Assembly (NCBI GenBank): GCA_002269645.1
Contig: NIVC01002899.1
Location: forward strand, 1 to 64,000
Length of the DNA: 64,000 nucleotides
Source of the DNA: Macrostomum lignano
Taxonomy: Eukaryota
Direction: 5' to 3'
Positions 18,761 through 64,000 of this stretch are shown one piece after another; position 1 is the stretch's first letter; each line of letters opens with the position of its first letter. The notes beneath the pieces are model-generated. The model did no database searches, had not been told where the DNA came from, and worked only from the letters and a program-made list of their open reading frames with translations. The position numbers were made by a program, and so were the translations under genes.

Positions 18761-19542
18761 TTTAAAAAGTCTTTTAGTTTTCCTGACGTTGAAAAGCTTT
18801 AATTAAAAAAATTATACTCTATGAAAATTCGAACCATCGTCGCTGCATTTAGCAGTTCAGTCTGTTCACCTCTAGGCTAGTTCTCATCTTTTGATAACAT
18901 CAAATTTTGCACTTATATATATATATAATTCAACAGTTTAAAATCCAAGCATAGAGTAAATCACACGAAGCAGTTATGACATAATCAGTTTCTCAGTCAG
19001 TCAGTATCAGTTAACAATATGGTTACGCAATTTAAATCAAGTCTGGTGCTACGCTTCCACACTGCATTTTCAATTCAAGTCGGAGTTACAATTCAGTGAT
19101 GATGCAATCTATTTCAGAACCAGAATTCAACCAGTCAGTTTTTTCTCTAGCATTCTTACAATGCATTTCAAGTCGAAAAGTTTGCTTGACCTTTGCAAAA
19201 AAGCATGTTTTTCGAATATTTAATGCCTTTAGCATCGAGCAATTTCTTAGCCGCGATGCATGTACAGTCACGGGAAAATTTCTGATCGATTAGGATTAGA
19301 GATTTAGTATATTTAGAATTTTGTTCCTTCAGGAAAAAATCTCATATATCTGTAATCTAAACAGCAGATCATAGGAAGACAGTTCATAACAAAGAAATTT
19401 CCTATCATGAATACGAAGTAGGAATCCTTTTTATCAAACTTCCATCAGCTCTCAAAGTCATACATCCAGATTGGTGTCAACTGGCGGATGATTTTGGTGT
19501 CCATCACTTTTAGAATAAGGAAAAACAGGACTAGACTGTTGC

Positions 19543-20241
19543 TCAGTGCAAGCCGAACTTGACCCAGTCTGCGCTCGTCTCGATCTCCGCCTCCGCCTGA
19601 GCGTCGGTGAACAGCAGCAGGCGGCAGGCTCTCAGCTTGCTGTTGTACAGCACGTGTCTGCAGCTGGCCGCACGCACACCGGCTGCCACGCAGTGCATTG
19701 CGTTCTTCACCTGCAGCAGGTCAGCGTGGCAGAACTCGGAGCTCGGGTTGTAGCTGGTGCGCTTGAACGGAGTCCGCTGCCACAGCAGGCCAGAGTGAGG
19801 CTGAGCTGCGCCAACGAACTCGCAGGCGAGGCCGCGCAGTCCCGAGCAGACGTTGTCGGACAGCTTCCCGACCGCGTCATGGTGCTGCCCGATGCAGTCC
19901 TGGTTGCCTCCGCTGCTGTTTGGATCGCCTGTTCGCCACAGGGAGTCATTCAGAGGCAGAATGCCCTTGCCTTTCACCAGCTGCCAGCCCGACCTGCTCG
20001 TGCCTCTCTCCTCAGCCAGGTCGGACACTCCGAACCAGATTTTTCAGCTGCAGTTCAGACTCAGCATGCTGGCACCGATCGATGCGCAGTGCCGATTCGC
20101 TGAGCACCAGGTGAAGCTTTGAGCTGTGTTCACGAATACGCATTTGCCCACCTCGAGGCTGAACGGAGCGGGGCGCGGCGGAGCTGACGCCCAAAGCAGC
20201 TGGCTGCTGTGCAGCAAGAGTAGCAGGACTTTACTTGGCAT
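19543..20241 (-). pseudogene. Secreted C-type lectin + PAN/apple-domain gene with one in-frame TGA at codon 66
   Basis: ORFs 20044-20241 and 19543-20028 are in the same frame (LNCS*KIWFGVSDL). Hydrophobic N-terminus; CTL motifs WFGVSD, W..GDPN...QDC, DNVC; C-terminal PAN-like Cys pattern. Confidence 0.75.
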
Positions 20242-20409
20242 TTCAACACTCTACTTAGGTATATGACTATCTGCTGGTACGGTGTCTGATACCAATTGAT
20301 GCTCTGCGAGTATCAAATTATATAAGTTTGGCTGATTCTCCACTCGGCTGAACATTTTTTGCTTCCTGGTAAAGGTTCAGTGCTCTGGCATCGCTCAAGC
20401 GCTTTTCGT

Positions 20410-20653
20410 CCCTGGTTTCTAGCGATCAATACATGTAGAGTGGATGCTTCTGTTGGACCAAATTACCTGCCCCTGGTTTCTAGCGATCAATACATGTAGA
20501 GTGGATGCTTCTGTTGGACCAAATTACCTGCCCCTGGTTTCTAGCGATCAATTCATGTAGAGTGGATGCTTCTGTTGGACCAAATTACCTGCCCCTGGTT
20601 TCTAGCGATCAATTCATGTAGAGTGGATGCTTCTGTTGGACCAAATTACCTGC
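20410..20653. repeat. 61-bp tandem repeat, ~4 copies
   Basis: CCTGGTTTCTAGCGATCAAT recurs at 20411, 20472, 20533 and 20594. Confidence 0.95.
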
Positions 20654-20934
20654 CAATTAATCTACCACCTACCTACCAATGCTTCGCATGTAGCTTACAC
20701 TTGTCGAGCATTTGCGAAGCAGCCAAGCTCAACTGTGCCAATTGTCACGGCATCTCAGCATTTCTGCTGTAACGGAGACATGAATGCAATGGGAAATGAT
20801 TCAGCTGAGAGCATTTGATCTTGAGTCCACCCAAACCAAAATTTGCACCTGCGCTCGTAGACCGAAGAAGAGACAATGAAACAGAATATCCATGCGATTT
20901 CTCATTTTGCAGCATTATATTCAAGGGGATAAAC

Positions 20935-21520
20935 AGTAGAGAGTAGAGAGAGACGGGAGAGAGGGGAGAGAGTAGAGAGGGGCAGGGAGTAGAGAGGGAA
21001 GAGAGTAGAGAGGAGACAGTAGAGAGGAGACGGTAGAGAGAAGACAGTAGAGAGTGGAGAGAGTAGAGGGGATACAGTAGATAGAAGAGAGAGTAGAGAG
21101 GGGAGAGAGTAGACACAGACAGTAGAGAGGGGAGAGAGTAGAGAGGGGAGAGAGTGGAGAGGGGAGAGAGTAGAGAGGGGAGAGAGTAGAGAGGGGAGAG
21201 AGTAGAGAGGGGAGAGAGTAGAGAGGGGAGAGAGTAGAGAGGGGAGAGAGTAGAGAGGGGAGAGAGTAGAGAGGGGACAGTGGAGAGGGGAGAGAGTAGA
21301 GAGCGGAGAGAGTAGAGAGGGGAGAGAGTAGAGAGGGGAGAGAGTAGAGAGGGGAGAGAGTAGAGAGGGGACAGTGGATAGGGGAGAGAGTAGAGAGCGG
21401 AGAGAGTAGAGAGGGGAGAGAGTAGAGAGGAGACAGTGGAGAGAGGAGAGAGTAGAGGAGACAGTGGAGAGGGGAGAGAGTAGAGAGGGGAGAGAGTAGA
21501 GAGGGGAGAGAGTAGAGAGG
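20935..21520. repeat. 16-bp purine-rich minisatellite (AGAGAGTAGAGAGGGG)
   Basis: Tandem units. Confidence 0.9.
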
Positions 21521-21531
21521 TCAGGCAGAGG

Positions 21532-21894
21532 TTTTTTTTTATTAGAGGCAGGGGGGTTGTGTGCACCCTGGCGCACTTTAAGCGACATAGGCACACAACC
21601 GGCGAGAGGCATTACTGCCCATTCCGCCGACTCCCCTGAGCAGGCATACAAGCGCGCGGATACGTACGCAGGCACACACTCACACAGGAGTGTACAGCGG
21701 CCCTAACTTTATATTATCGTTAGGCATGTACACTTCACTGCGCCTTGGGGGGTTGGCTCTCAAGGCCATTAATTGCACGAGCAGAGCCAAGCGGAGATTC
21801 CAATTCAGCCCCAAATTAATGTGACTGCACTTGGAATCGAGCCTGGGTCGCTGGCACACCAGAGCAGCTGCGCTACCGCTGGGCTACGGCCCCC
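21532..21894 (-). mobile_element. tRNA-derived SINE (~360 bp)
   Basis: Head GGGGCCG-TAGCCCAGCGG (A box)...GGCTCGATTCC (B box). 3' stem GGTTGTGTGC/GCACACAACC. AATAAA plus an A-tail. Imperfect TSD TCAGG(G)CAGAGG at 21521-21531 and 21896-21907. Confidence 0.75.
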
Positions 21895-22096
21895 TTCAGG
21901 CAGAGGTTACTGTAGCATTAATCAGCAATAATCAATGTTTTAGTCAAGCAGCGAAAGAGAGACGCAGCATAGCAAAGTAGAGTTGGTTTTTTTCTGCGGC
22001 GGCAACTTTACTTTAAGTTCAAAGCGTCACATTTACGATTTTATTAATAAATAACGAGCCTCGTAGTCCTTCGATTCAGCTTAGTTTACTCGGGTC

Positions 22097-28574
<6,478 letters not shown>

Positions 28575-29344
28575 GCCGTTCTGAGCTTGAGTTCACAATG
28601 ATTGATAGATGTGGTTAAGCACCTACACATTAGCCTTTATTGCATTTATATACGGTGTCACTCAGCAGTAAAATTCGTGAGAGAATTTTATTGCTTATCT
28701 TATCAATTATCCTACCTGGAAGTGAGTGAACTGCTTCCAATATGGCATATATAGGACTCGCTTATCAAAAAGCCCCAGGTCACAGGCGGCAGGAACCAGT
28801 TTGTAGTGGTTTTGTTAATTTATTCCATATTGCTAGCGGTTGGCTCCAAGACTGAATTAATCATCTGTGACAGGCGGTTTGTTGCAAATTTAAAAAAGGT
28901 ACACTTCTGAAGTGCTGAAATTCATTAGCGACTTAGCTTATGAGTGTCATTGCCTTTGAGTTGGTGGCTTCCAAAAAGTGTTGTTCATTGGTCTGTTGAT
29001 CCAAGCACTGATACAACTGAACATCTTGGTGCCTGCACTTTTTGCTAATTGGTACAGCATGCCACAAAATCTCATGTGTGACTAAATATACAGTAGAAAT
29101 ACAAATATTCCAAGTTCAGAAGGCCAGAAGTGTAATTTAACACTAATTGCCTCCGCGTTATTAAATAATGGCTTCTGAGGTGAAATTTCGCTGGAGCATG
29201 TCTGTTGCATATTTGTAGGAAATGGTAGCAATGCATTACCAATTTGTCTTATCAAATATTCATACGAAGTATTATATATTTAAATTTTACTAAAAGCTAA
29301 GAGAAAACTGGAAAAAAATAACATAACAATACCATCACGGAAAG

Positions 29345-29357
29345 CTGACAGACAGGC

Positions 29358-29406
<49 letters not shown>

Positions 29407-29433
29407 GGCAGACAGACAGACAGACAGACAGGC

Positions 29434-29474
<41 letters not shown>

Positions 29475-29477
29475 GGC

Positions 29478-29509
<32 letters not shown>

Positions 29510-29519
29510 GGACAGACAC

Positions 29520-29558
<39 letters not shown>

Positions 29559-29561
29559 GGC

Positions 29562-29616
<55 letters not shown>

Positions 29617-29617
29617 A

Positions 29618-29706
<89 letters not shown>

Positions 29707-29709
29707 GGC

Positions 29710-29741
<32 letters not shown>

Positions 29742-29813
29742 GGACAGACACACAGACAGACAGACAGACAGACAGGCAGGCAGGCAGACAGACAGACAGA
29801 CAGACAGACAGGC

Positions 29814-29896
<83 letters not shown>

Positions 29897-29897
29897 A

Positions 29898-29958
<61 letters not shown>

Positions 29959-29975
29959 CACAGACAGACAGGCAG
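29345..29975. repeat. (GACA)n microsatellite, intergenic
   Basis: Directly visible. Confidence 0.98.
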
Positions 29976-30346
29976 ACAGGCGCAGGAGCACTTAAAGCAG
30001 GACTCAAAACTGGGGGTGTTCGATGAGGCAATTTATAATCGTCATAGCTTGATACATTAACGTTGTATAAAAGTATTCTAATAGCGTATAATAACATAGA
30101 GCTGAGAAGAGACAGAGCGGGCGATTAAGAAATAAAAACTTTTCTCCTGATCTTCAGACCAGTCCGTCGAACGTTCAGCAAGTAAAATTCATTAAGCTTC
30201 GATAATAAACAGAATAAGTCTTTGTAACAGGCTTTAAAACTTTGTCCACTAGAGATTACATTCTGTTTAGTAGTAAGATTATTGAGAATCCAGCTTAGCA
30301 ACGAGTTATGAATAATAACAAACTAGGAGGCAGGGGAGGAACTGGG

Positions 30347-63252
<32,906 letters not shown>

Positions 63253-63604
63253 GGCGCCGAGGACCTGCTGGCTGGCAGAGAGGGCGTTCGGGCCGGATTC
63301 AGGACAGAGTTTGGCTGTTTATTGTCTGCCTTTAGTGTCTGGGTGTTTCTTACCCGTTTTCAGGGTCAAAATTCTCCTCACCATGGCGCAAGGCCTTTGG
63401 CGACATGATCCCATAACCAGAGCTGACGGCAATTCTGCTCATTCCGCTGAATTCTGAGCACATGCAAGCGCGCCAATGCTGTACGCTGTATGCACACACC
63501 ATGGGCCGGCAAACTCGATCATCATGCGGCCCGCAGAGCCTCTCTATCCGGCCCTCGGGTCTTTTGAAACTTTACAATAGCAATCTGGCCCGCTCAAGGC
63601 TTGT

Positions 63605-63860
63605 ATCTTCTCAGCTCTCTTCTCTCTAATCTCCTCTCCTCTCCTCTCTCCTCTCTCCTCTCTCCTCTCTCCTCTCTCCCCTCCTCTCCTCTCTTCTCTC
63701 CTCTCTTCTCTTTCCTCTCTCCTCTCTTCTCTTCTCAATCATCTCCTCTCTCTTTCTCCACATCTCCTCTCTTCCTCTCTTCTCTCTTCTCATTTATTCT
63801 CTAGTCTCTCCTCTCTCTTAGGTCCCTTCTCTCTTCTTCATTGCCTCTCTTCTCTCCCCT
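63605..63860. repeat. CT-rich low-complexity tract
   Basis: Directly visible, upstream of sif. Confidence 0.85.
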
Positions 63861-63929
63861 CCTCCGGCCGACAGTCTTTCTCTACGTTCTCTATCTGGCC
63901 CTTGAAGTAAAAAGATTTGCCGAAATATT

Positions 63930-64000
63930 ATACTATTACACTATTACACCATTACACTATTACACTATTACACTATTACACTATTATACTATTACACTAT
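63930..64000. repeat. 8-bp repeat (TATTACAC)n running off the window
   Basis: Directly visible. Confidence 0.9.

Noticed and set aside
19320-19540. SECIS element for the lectin TGA
   Set aside because: No AUGA...AA...GA stem-loop could be folded.

Overview
Eukaryotic (animal) DNA. GC-rich exons and satellite-filled introns suggest a flatworm such as Macrostomum, which is an inference only. Host genes, all on the minus strand: (1) a Still life/TIAM1-type Rac GEF (EVH1-PH-CC-RBD-PDZ-DH-PH; 21 exons by my manual splicing, 30347-63252); (2) an SLC5 sodium:solute symporter (10 exons, 22097-28574); (3) a single-exon secreted C-type lectin + PAN gene with one in-frame TGA (19543-20241). Mobile elements: three head-to-tail non-autonomous Helitrons (1-19317); an intact LOA/R1-group LINE nested in one of them (12-bp TSD); a tRNA-derived SINE; a young but disrupted Ty3/Gypsy LTR element; and a Penelope-like element. 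The most interesting object is the Penelope-like element (39617-44674), which sits inside a (CTAT)n microsatellite. It has two ORFs. ORF1 ends in an apparently inactive SGNH-like domain and is linked to the RT/GIY-YIG ORF by an A_AAA_AAC -1 frameshift site. Each pseudo-LTR carries a minimal hammerhead ribozyme, and the 3' end matches the microsatellite. Exon boundaries and family assignments were made by eye, without database searches.
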